Below, piece after piece: positions 16,661 through 26,793 of a stretch of 64,000 bases of DNA; position 1 is the first letter of the stretch, and every line of letters starts with the position of its first letter. Location of the stretch: assembly GCA_938005745.1 (NCBI GenBank), contig CALLMM010000002.1, positions 101,000 to 164,999 of the forward strand, read 5' to 3'. The notes beneath the pieces are model-generated. The model made no database searches, was not told the origin of the DNA, and saw only the letters and a list, made by a program, of their open reading frames with translations. The DNA is from an uncultured Chthonomonadales bacterium (lineage in GTDB: Bacteria > Armatimonadota > Chthonomonadetes > Chthonomonadales > CAJBBX01). Made by a program: the position numbers and the translations under genes.

Positions 16661-19600
16661 CGAAACGCGCATATCTACCGATCTTCCTGCTCGCGGCGCT
16701 GCTGCTCTGCCCGCTGTCCGCGCAGGCGCAGAACACGCTCTGGGATCTGCTGCGCATCGGCGATCCGGAGAAGCCGGCGGCGCTGCCCCCCACCCTTCGA
16801 CAGGTCGCGCTGGCGTCGCAGCAGAAGGTGCAAGAGCCGAAAATTGACCCGCGCACCGGACAGATGAACAGCGCAAAGCCCCCCGCAAAGCGGCGCACCG
16901 GCATGATCGGCTTCTTTGATAATTTAGGAGACGCCTTCCGGCGTATCGGCAAGCAGACCAACTCCGATCTGAAGGTGCAGGGGCAGCATAATCTGGGCTT
17001 CCACATGGAGAGCATATCGGGCAGCTCGGAGTCGTATCAGAACGCGATCTATCGGGGCAGGCGCGGGCTGGGCGGAGGCTACAACAACACCGACCTGACC
17101 ATTCAGGGCAAGATCGGCGGCATTATCAACTTTGAGACCCGCTACAGCAACAGTCTCTACGGCAATCCCTACGATAACCGCCTCTCGCTTAACTACGCCA
17201 CCTCGCGCTTCAAGATTGACGCCGGAGACATACAGGGTTCCATCGTCGGCAACTCGCTGATTGACTTCAGCCGCACCCTCAAAGGCATTCAACTCTCCGC
17301 CGATCTGTTCAAAGGGCTGCGCCTGACGACCCTCTACTCCGAAACTAAATCGCAGCCGCGCACCATCACCCTGGAGGGCGCCAACCGCTCCGGTCCCTAC
17401 TACGTCTATGCCGGTCTGATCGTGGATGGGAGCGAACGGGTGCGCGTCAACAACCGGGAGATGGTCAAGGGCGAGGACTACACACTCGATCCCTACACCG
17501 GAGAGCTGAACTTCCTGAAGGGTCTCATCATCCACACCTTCGACACCATCGCCGTCACCTATGAGACCTACGACTACAACCAGACCCCCGGCATGCTGAC
17601 CGGATGGCGCGCCGATATGACGATGCTGAAGAGCTTCAAACTCGGCGCGACCTACCTCTCGCAGACCAGTTCCGCCAACCGACGCCCGGAACGCTACAAA
17701 ACCGAGCAGTTCTACGGCTACAACAACCCCGATACGCCCTATGTTCTGGAGTTTCCGGTAGACGCGGTTCTGATCAAGGATGCCGACGGGAAGATCATTG
17801 GCATTACGCCCAAACAGCCGATGACGGTGACGGTCGGAGCGCTGCCGCAGGTCTACGGAACCGACTACGCCCTCGACCCGCTGCGCCCCAACCGCCTCTA
17901 CTTCAAGCTGCCCATTCCCAGCACGCAGATCATCAAGGTCAGCTACGTGCCGGCGAATACCAGCGAGATGCCGGGCGACCGCAATGTGCTGGGTATGGAC
18001 GCCTCGTTCCTGCTTGGCAAGACCGGCACCATCGTCGCCGAGTTCGCCTCCAGCGGCGTATCCCTCGCGGATCGGAACGTGTCGGGGCGCGCCACGCAGA
18101 TACGCGGCGACATGGCGTTCCTGAAAAACCGACTGCGCTGGAACTGGAACCTGCGCGACATCAGCCCCAACTTTACCGCCATCGAAAGCCCCGGCTTCCG
18201 ACGAAACGAAAAGGGACTGACAACAAGCGTTGACTACCAGGCGTCGTCCACCCTCAAGCTCAACGCCAACTTCGAGCGGACGAAACGCCCCTCCTACAAC
18301 TTCAGCAGTCTGGGCGGCAGTTCCAGCTACGCCACCGCCAGCGGTCTGGACGACTATACCGGCATCACCTTCGCCGTCAACTGGAGGCTCGGCAGCGCGG
18401 GACAGTTAAGCTTCAACCATAACGAGATGACGACCCGGCTGTATCAGGGAGGAAAAAGCTCCTTCCTGACCGACACCCTCAACTTCTCCTATAACTATAA
18501 ATCGCTGGGGGCGACCGTCTCGGTTGGACGCAACGCCAGCTCCTCCATCAACACCGTCGGCAATAACGCCGGAGGAACCGGCACGGGAACCGGAACCAGC
18601 TACAGCTACAACAGCGACTCGCTGCTGTCACGCCTCAACCTGACCTGGCGCGCCAGCGATACCGTCACCTTCGACGCCCTCTTCTCCAACAGCCAGGTCA
18701 ACATGAGCGGACGGCGCACCAACGCGCAGGATATGACGTTCGCCGCCAAACTGAACCCGCTGAAGAACCTGCAGCTCTCTCTGGGCTATCAGCTTCAGGA
18801 TTCCGGAGGCGTCTCGCTCTACGGCAATACCGACAACACCGGCACAGGAAGAAGTCGGCAGGGTATCGGCACAGGCTTGGGAACCGGTCTGGGAACCGGA
18901 CCGGGGAGCTACGCCAATTTCGGAGGCGGATACAACAACAATCTGGGCAACTTCGGCAACTACAGCGGCGGGTTCTACAGCGGGGGCAGCAGCTTCTCCA
19001 GCTTCGGAGGATCCAGCTTCGGAGGACGATCCCGCGCCTTCAACTTCGCGCTCAGCTATCAGCCCTGGAACTCCCTGACCCTCGACCTGAACTACAACAA
19101 CGCCGACAGCGAAGGGGACTACCTTTATAACAGCAAGCGAGACGACATCAGCTTCAATATCGGCTACAACATGGGCGAGCGTCTCTCCATCAACACCAAC
19201 TTCAGCCTGCAGAACGTGCGCTACATCGGCAGCGCCGGCGGCACCCGAAGCAACCTGATGTCGTTCTATGTCCGATCCAAACCGGTCGGCAGGCTCTCCG
19301 CCATCGTCAGCTACCAGATGATGCGCACCGACAGCACCATCTTTACGCCTCGTGACAGCGGAACGGGGACGGGAACCGGCACGGGAGACCCCTACACCGG
19401 CGGAAATCCCTTCTACAACGGCGGCGCGTTCTTCGGCTCCGGCGGAACCAATCTCAACTCGATCTCCCTGCGCCTGGAGTATCCGGTCTGGCGCGGCAAC
19501 AACCTCTTCTTCCAGCTTGACAATGCCGACAGCAGCGGCTATCTGGCGGGCAATCAGCGCACCTGGATGCTCGGCATGGACTTCCCGCTGACCAACAACA

Positions 19601-19716
19601 TGCGCTTCACGCTCGGCTGGCGCGATCAGAGCTACCTCAGCAGGGACAGCTCTCTGGGCAGCAACTTCAGCTACCGCGTCCGTTCGCTCGACGCGGACAT
19701 CGGCATGCGCTTCTAA
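16657..19716 (+). CDS. Large outer-membrane beta-barrel-type protein (1019 aa)
   Basis: Signal peptide MTKRAYLPIFLLAALLLCPLSAQAQ. Long alternating Y/N/S/G/T-rich strand-like sequence. The C-terminus ends ...DADIGMRF with a terminal Phe, as in an OMP beta-signal. ATG 16657-16659 overlaps the csaB TGA (ATGA). Confidence 0.6.
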   Translation: MTKRAYLPIFLLAALLLCPLSAQAQNTLWDLLRIGDPEKPAALPPTLRQVALASQQKVQEPKIDPRTGQMNSAKPPAKRRTGMIGFFDNLGDAFRRIGKQTNSDLKVQGQHNLGFHMESISGSSESYQNAIYRGRRGLGGGYNNTDLTIQGKIGGIINFETRYSNSLYGNPYDNRLSLNYATSRFKIDAGDIQGSIVGNSLIDFSRTLKGIQLSADLFKGLRLTTLYSETKSQPRTITLEGANRSGPYYVYAGLIVDGSERVRVNNREMVKGEDYTLDPYTGELNFLKGLIIHTFDTIAVTYETYDYNQTPGMLTGWRADMTMLKSFKLGATYLSQTSSANRRPERYKTEQFYGYNNPDTPYVLEFPVDAVLIKDADGKIIGITPKQPMTVTVGALPQVYGTDYALDPLRPNRLYFKLPIPSTQIIKVSYVPANTSEMPGDRNVLGMDASFLLGKTGTIVAEFASSGVSLADRNVSGRATQIRGDMAFLKNRLRWNWNLRDISPNFTAIESPGFRRNEKGLTTSVDYQASSTLKLNANFERTKRPSYNFSSLGGSSSYATASGLDDYTGITFAVNWRLGSAGQLSFNHNEMTTRLYQGGKSSFLTDTLNFSYNYKSLGATVSVGRNASSSINTVGNNAGGTGTGTGTSYSYNSDSLLSRLNLTWRASDTVTFDALFSNSQVNMSGRRTNAQDMTFAAKLNPLKNLQLSLGYQLQDSGGVSLYGNTDNTGTGRSRQGIGTGLGTGLGTGPGSYANFGGGYNNNLGNFGNYSGGFYSGGSSFSSFGGSSFGGRSRAFNFALSYQPWNSLTLDLNYNNADSEGDYLYNSKRDDISFNIGYNMGERLSINTNFSLQNVRYIGSAGGTRSNLMSFYVRSKPVGRLSAIVSYQMMRTDSTIFTPRDSGTGTGTGTGDPYTGGNPFYNGGAFFGSGGTNLNSISLRLEYPVWRGNNLFFQLDNADSSGYLAGNQRTWMLGMDFPLTNNMRFTLGWRDQSYLSRDSSLGSNFSYRVRSLDADIGMRF

Positions 19717-20465
19717 TCCGCCGTCTCCGCAAAGGTCAGCACGCCGAACCGCTGCGGGACGTGGAAGTTCGCGGGAACCTCCAGCGTGGGCGACCAGGCG
19801 GTAAACTCCGGCGGATCGGCGCGGTCTATGCGATAGAAGTTGACGCGCCAGGATTCGCCCGGCTGCGGAGGCGCGATCTCCGGAAACGCGGCAAAGGGGA
19901 TGCTCATCTCCACGCTCCACCAGCGGTCAGCCTCGCCCGAAGCCTCCGGCGGATTTCGCCGGACGGCGGTCGCCAGACCGGGACAGTCCCAGGAGACATC
20001 CACCTGCATGGTCGCCCGATTCAGATCCGGACTGAAAACCCGTGCGTCAAACACCACATTGCGCGGGCTGACCTCAAACTCGTAGTAGTGCCGCAGGTCG
20101 CCGGTCGGACAGAGAAACGCCTCGACAACCTCCTCCTCATAGAGCGGATCGTCCCGCTGCAGATAGGCGCTCTGAATGTCGCGATCCACGCAGTGAAACG
20201 CCAGATAGAGGCGTCTATGGTTCCAGCAGGCGCGAAAAGCGGTCGGCTGCCAGGGAAGAGGCAGCGCAGGCGGAGAATCGGAGAGGAGAGCCTGCCGCTC
20301 CTCCTCCGACAGTTGCTGAAACGGATCGGCGTGAGTCGGGGTAGTGATGGTAAGCCAGCGCGGACGGAGGGACTGCCACAGAGGCTTGCGAAGGTCTCCA
20401 TCCGGCGTAAAGTCCTCCGTGATCCACGGGCATCTGTAGACGGGCGGGTGTGTCTGTCTGTTCAT
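19713..20465 (-). CDS. Carbohydrate-binding family 9 (CBM9/DOMON-like) domain protein
   Basis: FRACWNHRRLYLAFHCVD...EEVVEAFLCP...YYEFEVSPRN...WSVEMSIPF...WRVNFYRIDR fits the CBM9-like pattern. Start taken at MNRQTHPP (20465). Confidence 0.55.
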   Translation of the reverse strand: MNRQTHPPVYRCPWITEDFTPDGDLRKPLWQSLRPRWLTITTPTHADPFQQLSEEERQALLSDSPPALPLPWQPTAFRACWNHRRLYLAFHCVDRDIQSAYLQRDDPLYEEEVVEAFLCPTGDLRHYYEFEVSPRNVVFDARVFSPDLNRATMQVDVSWDCPGLATAVRRNPPEASGEADRWWSVEMSIPFAAFPEIAPPQPGESWRVNFYRIDRADPPEFTAWSPTLEVPANFHVPQRFGVLTFAETAD

Positions 20466-20479
20466 GGAGTGGTCTCCCG

Positions 20480-20794
20480 ATGAGCTATGCAAGGATCGGA
20501 TCGGACGGAAATATCACCTGTCCGAACTGCTACGGGATCATGCTGGAGCTGCACAGGTTTGACGCACGCGACGATATTCTGGGTCTGGACTATGATCATG
20601 CCCCTCTCTACCGGCGCGGCTTCGGGTATGAAGGCTCGCTCCTGGCGTCTCTGGCGCAGTCTCTGTTCGCCTGGATCGGCGCCCACTGCAAACAGTGGCG
20701 TCTCAGGAGAGTTCTGCGACGATGGCCCCTCTCCCTCTACTGTCCGGCGTGCGGTTATCTGATCAAACGCGGCAGACAATCCGGTAGGGTATAA
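20480..20794 (+). CDS. Small zinc-ribbon-like hypothetical protein
   Basis: Two CxxC pairs (CPNC...CPAC). ATG at 20480 with ggag upstream. Confidence 0.4.
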   Translation: MSYARIGSDGNITCPNCYGIMLELHRFDARDDILGLDYDHAPLYRRGFGYEGSLLASLAQSLFAWIGAHCKQWRLRRVLRRWPLSLYCPACGYLIKRGRQSGRV

Positions 20795-20827
20795 TCAGAG
20801 GCAGACCCCGCTGGGAGGAAGAGACCT

Positions 20828-21469
20828 ATGCAGCACGACTGGATGTCCGCGCAGGTGCGCTACTATCTGGAGAGTCTGGTTCCGCCGCGCCCGGACGAGC
20901 TGATGAAGATGGAGGAGTACGCCTACGCGGTGAATTTTCCCATCATCGGTCCCTCCTCGGGCTTATTCTGTTATCAGATTGCGCGGATGATCGGCGCGCG
21001 CCGCATCTTCGAGATGGGTTCGGGCTTCGGCTATTCGACCGCCTGGTTCGCCCGGGCGGTGCAGGAGAACGGCGGAGGCGAGGTGCATCATGTCGTCTGG
21101 AACGAGGACCTCTCCCAGCTGGCGCAGAAGCATATGCAGGCTCTGGGATACGCCGACATCGTCCGGTTTCGCGTCAGCGAGGCGGTCGAGGCGCTGCGCG
21201 AGACGCCGGGTCCCTTCGACCTGATCTTCAACGACATAGACAAGCGCGGCTATCCCGACTCTCTGCCGGTCATCGCCGAAAAGCTGCGACCGGGCGGCGT
21301 TCTCATCATAGACAACATGCTGTGGCAGGGCTGGATATTCAACGACGAGGATCAGTCCGCCGACACGGAGGGCGTCCGCGAGGCGACCCGCATACTCACC
21401 GGCTCTCCGGACTGGATCGCCTCGCTGATCCCCCTGCGAGACGGCATGATCCTTGCCATGAAAAAGTAG
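20828..21469 (+). CDS. Class I SAM-dependent O-methyltransferase (caffeoyl-CoA OMT-like)
   Basis: 213 aa. SAM-binding motif RRIFEMGSGFGYST, DLIFNDIDK, and GGVLIIDNMLW typical of OMT family 3. Confidence 0.8.
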   Translation: MQHDWMSAQVRYYLESLVPPRPDELMKMEEYAYAVNFPIIGPSSGLFCYQIARMIGARRIFEMGSGFGYSTAWFARAVQENGGGEVHHVVWNEDLSQLAQKHMQALGYADIVRFRVSEAVEALRETPGPFDLIFNDIDKRGYPDSLPVIAEKLRPGGVLIIDNMLWQGWIFNDEDQSADTEGVREATRILTGSPDWIASLIPLRDGMILAMKK

Positions 21470-21482
21470 GCTCCGGCTCTCC

Positions 21483-22403
21483 CTAACGCACGATCTCAAC
21501 GGAGCAGTGGGCGCGCACCGCCACCGACGCCGAGACGCTGCCCAGAAGGAACCGATCCACCGCACTCATGCCCCGCGCGCCGACGAAAAGACAGTCCGCC
21601 TCCCATCGCTCCGCCTCTTCCACCAGCGTTCGCTTCGGGTCGCCCTCCAGCGCTACCGTAGAGACCTCCAGTCCCTTCTGCGCCAGCGGCTCCGAAAGCC
21701 CCGTCAGCATGCGCGCCGCCCAGTCATGCGCCTCTTCCTCTTCCTCCGCCGTCCATCGCATCAGGGCGTAGTCGGCGGAGACGATCCGCGTGATCGTTCT
21801 CTCATCCAGCGCAACCGCCAGCCGCGCCTGCGTCCCCCGGGACCAGGAGCGCGCCCCCACGCTCTTCACCGCCGCCTCCGAGTTTGCCGAGCCGTCCACG
21901 CCGATCAGCAGCCGGATCGGTTGATCGGCAGTGACTGCCCTGCCTCTTGCCACGCGCACAGAGCAGGGCGCGTCGGTAACCACCCGCTGCGAGACGCTGC
22001 CCAGAAAGAAGCGTCCGACCGCCGAATAGCCGTGTGAACCGATCACCACCAGATCGGGCTTCCACTCCTCCGCCCGCCGCACAATGCCCCAGCCCGGAGA
22101 ATCGGCGACGCTCTCCGCATGGACGACCCAGCCCGGAAACATCTCGCGCAGGATCTGCGCGCCCTGCTCCGCCAGCGACTTCGCCTCCGCGATCCGCAGC
22201 GCCGCCTGCTCGCGGGCGCGCTGCACGATCGTCAGGATCGCCTTCGTTACCGCCGGAATGTCCGACTCGCTGCGCGTCGGCTCCCAGACATCCGCAACAG
22301 TCAGCGATACCGCCTCTCCCGTCTCGGGCAGTCCGGCGCGCCGCAGATCCTCCAGCGCGCGCCGCGCGCACTCAGACCCGTCGTAGGCTGCCAGCAGCTT
22401 CAT
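21483..22403 (-). CDS. Tandem-domain universal stress protein
   Basis: Two UspA-like halves, each ending with G-x-x-G...GSV(S/A) ATP-binding-type motifs (VIGSHGYSAVGRFFLGSVSQRV; FVGARGMSAVDRFLLGSVSASV). ATG at 22401-22403 is preceded by ggaggga. Confidence 0.85.
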   Translation of the reverse strand: MKLLAAYDGSECARRALEDLRRAGLPETGEAVSLTVADVWEPTRSESDIPAVTKAILTIVQRAREQAALRIAEAKSLAEQGAQILREMFPGWVVHAESVADSPGWGIVRRAEEWKPDLVVIGSHGYSAVGRFFLGSVSQRVVTDAPCSVRVARGRAVTADQPIRLLIGVDGSANSEAAVKSVGARSWSRGTQARLAVALDERTITRIVSADYALMRWTAEEEEEAHDWAARMLTGLSEPLAQKGLEVSTVALEGDPKRTLVEEAERWEADCLFVGARGMSAVDRFLLGSVSASVAVRAHCSVEIVR

Positions 22404-25191
22404 CGTGCTCCCTCCTCTCTTCACGACGCCGGAAGAGCCACTTCTCGATCTCCACCCCCCAGAAGATCGCGCTGCTCAACGCCAGACTGAGCAGAAGCTG
22501 TCCCGGCGTCAGCGAAACCGTCTTAAATATACCCTGCAGGAACGGCAGGTAGATCACCGCCATCTGAGAGAGGACGGTGAGGACAATCGCTCCCATCAGC
22601 AGGCGGTTGGCAAACAGACCGGCGCGAAAAACCGAATCGCGGGAGACGCGCAGCGCCAGCACATGCCCCATCTGTGCCAGCGTAACGGTGGTGAAGACCA
22701 TCGTCTGCCACTCGGCATGGGAGGCGCGCCAGTAGATAAATCCCGCGCCCAGCGAGATCACCCCCATCAGCACGCCGACCCACAGGATATGCCAGCCCAG
22801 CCCCCGACTGAAGATCCCTTCGGAGGGCTTGTAGGGAGGACGCCTCATTGTGTCGCGCTCCGCCGCCTCCACGCTCAACGCCAGCGCGGGCAGTCCATCC
22901 GTCACCAGATTGATCCAGAGGATCTGCAGCGGCAGCAGCGGCAGCGGCATCCCCAGAAAAGGAGCCAGAAACATCACCCACAGCTCTCCGGCGTTGCTCG
23001 CCATCAGATACTTGATGAACTTGCGCGTGTTCTCATAGATGACGCGCCCCTCCTCCACCGCCGCCACAATCGTCGCGAAGTTATCGTCCTGCAGCACCAG
23101 GTCTGCGGCTTCCTTGGCCACATCGGTTCCGCTCCGCCCCATCGCCACGCCGATATCCGCCTTCTTCAGCGCGGGGGCGTCGTTGACCCCGTCGCCCGTC
23201 ATGGCGACGACATGCCCTCTCTGCTGCAACGCCTCGACGATCTTGAGCTTGTGTTCCGGCGAGACCCGCGCATAGACAGAGACGCTCTCCGCCATTCTCT
23301 GCAGCTCTCTGTCGGAGAGGCGATCCAGTTCGGAACCGGTCAGCAGCAGGCCGTCGTCGGCGATACCCAACTGCCGGGCGATAGACCGGGCGGTTACCGG
23401 ATGATCGCCGGTGATCATCACGGGACGTATCCCCGCCTGCCTGCAGGTGCGCACCGCCTCCGGCGCCTCCGGTCTCGCCGGGTCCACCATGCCCTGCATC
23501 CCGACAAAGATCAGATCCTGCTCCAGCGCAGCCTCTGCGCCCTCCTCCGGCGGCTCGAGTACCGGACGAAACGCCACTCCCAGTATCCGCCTCCCGTCTC
23601 TCGCCAGTTCCTCAACGCTGCGCGAGAGCCGCTCTCTCCACCCCTCATCCAGCGGCTCCGCACACCCCTCCGCCCAGACGGAGCTGCAGACCTCGATCAG
23701 GCTGTCCACCGCCCCCTTCGTGAAGACGATACAAGGAGTACGGGCGGCGGTCTGCAGACTGCGGCGGGCGTCCGTTAACGCACCTGACTCCGCCTCCTCC
23801 GCCGCAGTCAGCCGATGCAGCGTCGTCATGCGCCTGCGGGTCGAGTCGAAAGGTATCTCGGCAATGCGGGGAAACGCCTTCTCCAGCGCATCCTTCCACA
23901 ATCCCAGACGCGCAGCGGCGACGACCAGCGCCGCCTCCGTCGGGTCTCCGAGGGTCATCACGCCCCCCGGCTCCGATTCGGCGACATTCAACACGGCATC
24001 GTTGCACAGCACGCCCCCGACAACCAGCAGGGTCAGCGCGACGCTCTCCCGGAGCAGAGGCGGGGGAGTTCTGTCGGGAGGAAGCGCAGACGATCCGCCC
24101 TTCCGGGAGGAGCCGTTCTCGTCCCGAAGTGTCTCCGTCAGATGCACCCTGTTTCCGGCGACATCCAGCGTCACGACGGTCATCCGGTTTTCGGTGAGCG
24201 TGCCGGTCTTGTCCGCGCAGATCACCGTCACGGAGCCGAGGGTCTCCACCGCCGGAAGCTTGCGGATCAGGGCATGGCGTTTGACCATGCGCTGCGCGCC
24301 CAGCGCCAGTGAGATGGTAACGACGGCAGGCAGTCCCTCCGGCACGGCGGCGACCGCCATGCTGACGGCGGTCAGAAACATCGTCTTCGCCGACTCGCCG
24401 CGCAGCAGCCCGACCATAAAGATGATGCCGACCAGCACCAGCGCGATCACCGCCAGCGAACGCCCCAGCTGATCCAGACGCCGCTGCAGCGGGGTCGGCT
24501 CCGGCTTCACCTGATGCAGCAGGGTCGCGATCTGTCCCAGCCGTGTCTGCATTCCGGTCTCGGTCACCACGGCGACGCCCCGCCCGTAGGAGATCACCGT
24601 CCCCATGAAGACCCTGTTGACCTGCTCCGCCAGCGACACCTCCTCGCCGGAGAGGATCGCAGGATGTTTCTCCACCGGCTCCGCTTCGCCGGTCAGCACC
24701 GCCTCCTGCGCGCGCAGGTTCACGCTCTCCAGCAGACGACAGTCCGCCGGAACCAGGCAGCCCGCCTCCATATACACGATGTCGCCCGGAACCAGTTCCA
24801 GCGCGGAGATCTCGCGAACCATGCCCTCGCGCAGGACCCGCACCATCGGCGTCGCCAGCCGCTTGAGCGCGGCAATCGCCTTCTCCGCCCGGTAGTCCTG
24901 GCTGTAGCCGAGAACGACATTCAGTACCACGATCACCAGGATGGCAGCCGTATCCTGGTAGTCGCCCAGCGCCAGTGAAAACAGGGCGGCGACGATCAGC
25001 ACCACCACCATGGTCGCCGAGATCTGCTCCCAGAGTATCTGCCACGGGGTTCGAGAACCGGTCTCTGTCAGTCGGTTATACCCGTACTGCTCCAGACGTC
25101 GGGACGCCTCCGCCTCGCTCAAGCCCGCCTGCGGGTCGGTCCCAAGGCGCTGCAGCGTCTCTTCCGTCGTTAACTGATGGCAGTAATTCAC
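22372..25191 (-). CDS. Cation-transporting P-type ATPase (type II, Ca2+/Mg2+-like)
   Basis: LTGEAEPV, ICADKTGTLTEN, MITGDHP and MTGDGVNDAPALKKADIGVAMG motifs plus about 10 TM helices. The preferred start GTG 25189-25191 (VNYCHQLTTEETLQRLG) matches typical N-termini. The longest ORF extends to 25311. Confidence 0.9.
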   Translation of the reverse strand: MNYCHQLTTEETLQRLGTDPQAGLSEAEASRRLEQYGYNRLTETGSRTPWQILWEQISATMVVVLIVAALFSLALGDYQDTAAILVIVVLNVVLGYSQDYRAEKAIAALKRLATPMVRVLREGMVREISALELVPGDIVYMEAGCLVPADCRLLESVNLRAQEAVLTGEAEPVEKHPAILSGEEVSLAEQVNRVFMGTVISYGRGVAVVTETGMQTRLGQIATLLHQVKPEPTPLQRRLDQLGRSLAVIALVLVGIIFMVGLLRGESAKTMFLTAVSMAVAAVPEGLPAVVTISLALGAQRMVKRHALIRKLPAVETLGSVTVICADKTGTLTENRMTVVTLDVAGNRVHLTETLRDENGSSRKGGSSALPPDRTPPPLLRESVALTLLVVGGVLCNDAVLNVAESEPGGVMTLGDPTEAALVVAAARLGLWKDALEKAFPRIAEIPFDSTRRRMTTLHRLTAAEEAESGALTDARRSLQTAARTPCIVFTKGAVDSLIEVCSSVWAEGCAEPLDEGWRERLSRSVEELARDGRRILGVAFRPVLEPPEEGAEAALEQDLIFVGMQGMVDPARPEAPEAVRTCRQAGIRPVMITGDHPVTARSIARQLGIADDGLLLTGSELDRLSDRELQRMAESVSVYARVSPEHKLKIVEALQQRGHVVAMTGDGVNDAPALKKADIGVAMGRSGTDVAKEAADLVLQDDNFATIVAAVEEGRVIYENTRKFIKYLMASNAGELWVMFLAPFLGMPLPLLPLQILWINLVTDGLPALALSVEAAERDTMRRPPYKPSEGIFSRGLGWHILWVGVLMGVISLGAGFIYWRASHAEWQTMVFTTVTLAQMGHVLALRVSRDSVFRAGLFANRLLMGAIVLTVLSQMAVIYLPFLQGIFKTVSLTPGQLLLSLALSSAIFWGVEIEKWLFRRREERREHDEAAGSLRRV

Positions 25192-25349
25192 CCGGCAACC
25201 CTTCCACCAACAGCATTGAGAGGCAAGTGAACGTCCCTGAGACAGGAAAGGACTGTCCTTCCTGCCGGAAACAGACAGTCCCCCTTCTCCAGGCGGCAGC
25301 CCGGCTGCCATGTACTACAAACCATTGTATCTGCAGACGGCTCCCTCTA

Positions 25350-26078
25350 TCATCCGCGAATTGGCGGATTGTCGGTGCAGAGACGCTCGCGGGCGGCGGC
25401 GCGGTTCGGCACGGCGAGATGCGCGGCGAACCATTCGCGTGCCAGCCGCGCCACCTCCTCCAGCGCGCCCGGCTCTGAGAACAGATGCGTTGCGCCGGTG
25501 ACGATCGCCAGCCTCTTATCCCGCACGGGAAGCTGCGCGTACGCCCACTCGTTCAGTTCGATCACCAGTGTATCGTCGCCGCCGACAATCAGCAGCGTGG
25601 GAGCCTGCACCATGCGCAGGGTCGTTCCTGCCAGGTCGGGGCGTCCGCCGCGCGAGACGATCGCGCGCACCTCCTCCCGACAGCGCGCCGCCGCCACAAT
25701 CGCCGCTCCGGCGCCCGTGCTGGCTCCAAAGCACCCGATCTGCAGCGAGCGCGTCTCCGGGTTCTGCCGCAGCCAGCCGATCGCTCCCGCCAGCCGCTGC
25801 GCCAGAAGGTCTACATCGAAACGCATTTGATGGGTGTGCGCGTCCGTCTCCTCCTCTTCCGAGGTCAACAGGTCCATCAACAGCGTCCCAAGCCCCGCGT
25901 TCTGAAGCTCATGCGCGACAAAACGATTGCGCGTACTGAAGCGGCTGCTGCCGCTGCCATGCGCAAAGAGAACCACGCCCTGCGCGCCGGGAGGGATGCA
26001 CAGATTTCCCTCCAGCGTCACCTCTCCTTCCGTGATATGAACCGGCTTGCCCTCCGCCAGTGGCATCTTCGCGTCCAT
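25350..26078 (-). CDS. Dienelactone hydrolase family alpha/beta hydrolase
   Basis: 242 aa. VVLFAHGSGSSRFSTRN and a nucleophile-elbow-like CFGASTGAGAA. Confidence 0.75.
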   Translation of the reverse strand: MDAKMPLAEGKPVHITEGEVTLEGNLCIPPGAQGVVLFAHGSGSSRFSTRNRFVAHELQNAGLGTLLMDLLTSEEEETDAHTHQMRFDVDLLAQRLAGAIGWLRQNPETRSLQIGCFGASTGAGAAIVAAARCREEVRAIVSRGGRPDLAGTTLRMVQAPTLLIVGGDDTLVIELNEWAYAQLPVRDKRLAIVTGATHLFSEPGALEEVARLAREWFAAHLAVPNRAAARERLCTDNPPIRG

Positions 26079-26093
26079 CTTTCCACCTTCCGA

Positions 26094-26777
26094 CTATCCG
26101 CTCTCCTGCGTGAAACCGATTTGCGGCTCTCGTAGACGCTCCAGCAGCGTGAGAACCTCGTTATCCGAAACCGGCGAAAAGTCTTCGTACCAGTAGCCCA
26201 CTGCCCAGAAAGAGGCGGGGTTCTCCAGACTCACGAAGTTATCTACCTCTTTGAGCAGCATCTGCGCCGACTCGCGGGAAGCCACCGGAACCGCCAGCAC
26301 GATCTGCGCGGGCTTGCGGGCGCGCAGAGCGCGCACCGCCGCCTGCGCCGTCAGTCCGGTCGCCAGCCCGTCATCCACCAGAATCACCGTCCGCCCGGTC
26401 AGATCGGGCAGGGGTCTCCCCTGCCGATAGCGCAGAAGCCGGCGCGCAATCTCCTCTGTCTCCGTTGCGACCACCTGTTCGATCTCCTCCGGACGCAGAC
26501 CGACATAGGAGACTGTCCGGGGATCAATCACCTTCTCTCCCCCCTCCGCAATGGCTCCGAAAGCCAGTTCCGGCTGGATGGGCACGCCCAGTTTTCGAAC
26601 GATCAGCACATCCAGAGGAGCGCACAGCGTCCGCGCAATCTCATACCCCACCACGACGCCGCCGCGTGGAAGCGCCAGAACTATCGGGTTCTGGCTGCGA
26701 TAGCGGGTCAGCATCTGCGCAAGCTGCTGACCGGCATCCATGCGGCTGGCGAAAACCTGCAGTCCGTTACTGCTCAT
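26094..26777 (-). CDS. Phosphoribosyltransferase family protein
   Basis: 227 aa. PRPP-binding loop VILVDDGLATGLT. Confidence 0.85.
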   Translation of the reverse strand: MSSNGLQVFASRMDAGQQLAQMLTRYRSQNPIVLALPRGGVVVGYEIARTLCAPLDVLIVRKLGVPIQPELAFGAIAEGGEKVIDPRTVSYVGLRPEEIEQVVATETEEIARRLLRYRQGRPLPDLTGRTVILVDDGLATGLTAQAAVRALRARKPAQIVLAVPVASRESAQMLLKEVDNFVSLENPASFWAVGYWYEDFSPVSDNEVLTLLERLREPQIGFTQESG

Positions 26778-26793
26778 GGCGGTCCCTCTCCCT

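Noticed and set aside
19980-19990. GGGACAGTCCC palindrome resembling the stress-island motif
   Set aside because: It lies deep inside the CBM9-like coding sequence, far from any start codon, so it is most likely chance.
22405-23778. 457-aa plus-strand ORF
   Set aside because: It is antisense to the P-type ATPase, which has all canonical motifs.
25192-25311. Longer N-terminus of the P-type ATPase (MAAGLPPGEGG...)
   Set aside because: The extra 40 aa look non-coding (CCWWKGC) and contain the AAGGACtGTCCTT palindrome. The GTG start gives a typical ATPase N-terminus. This is not certain without a start-site predictor or proteomics.
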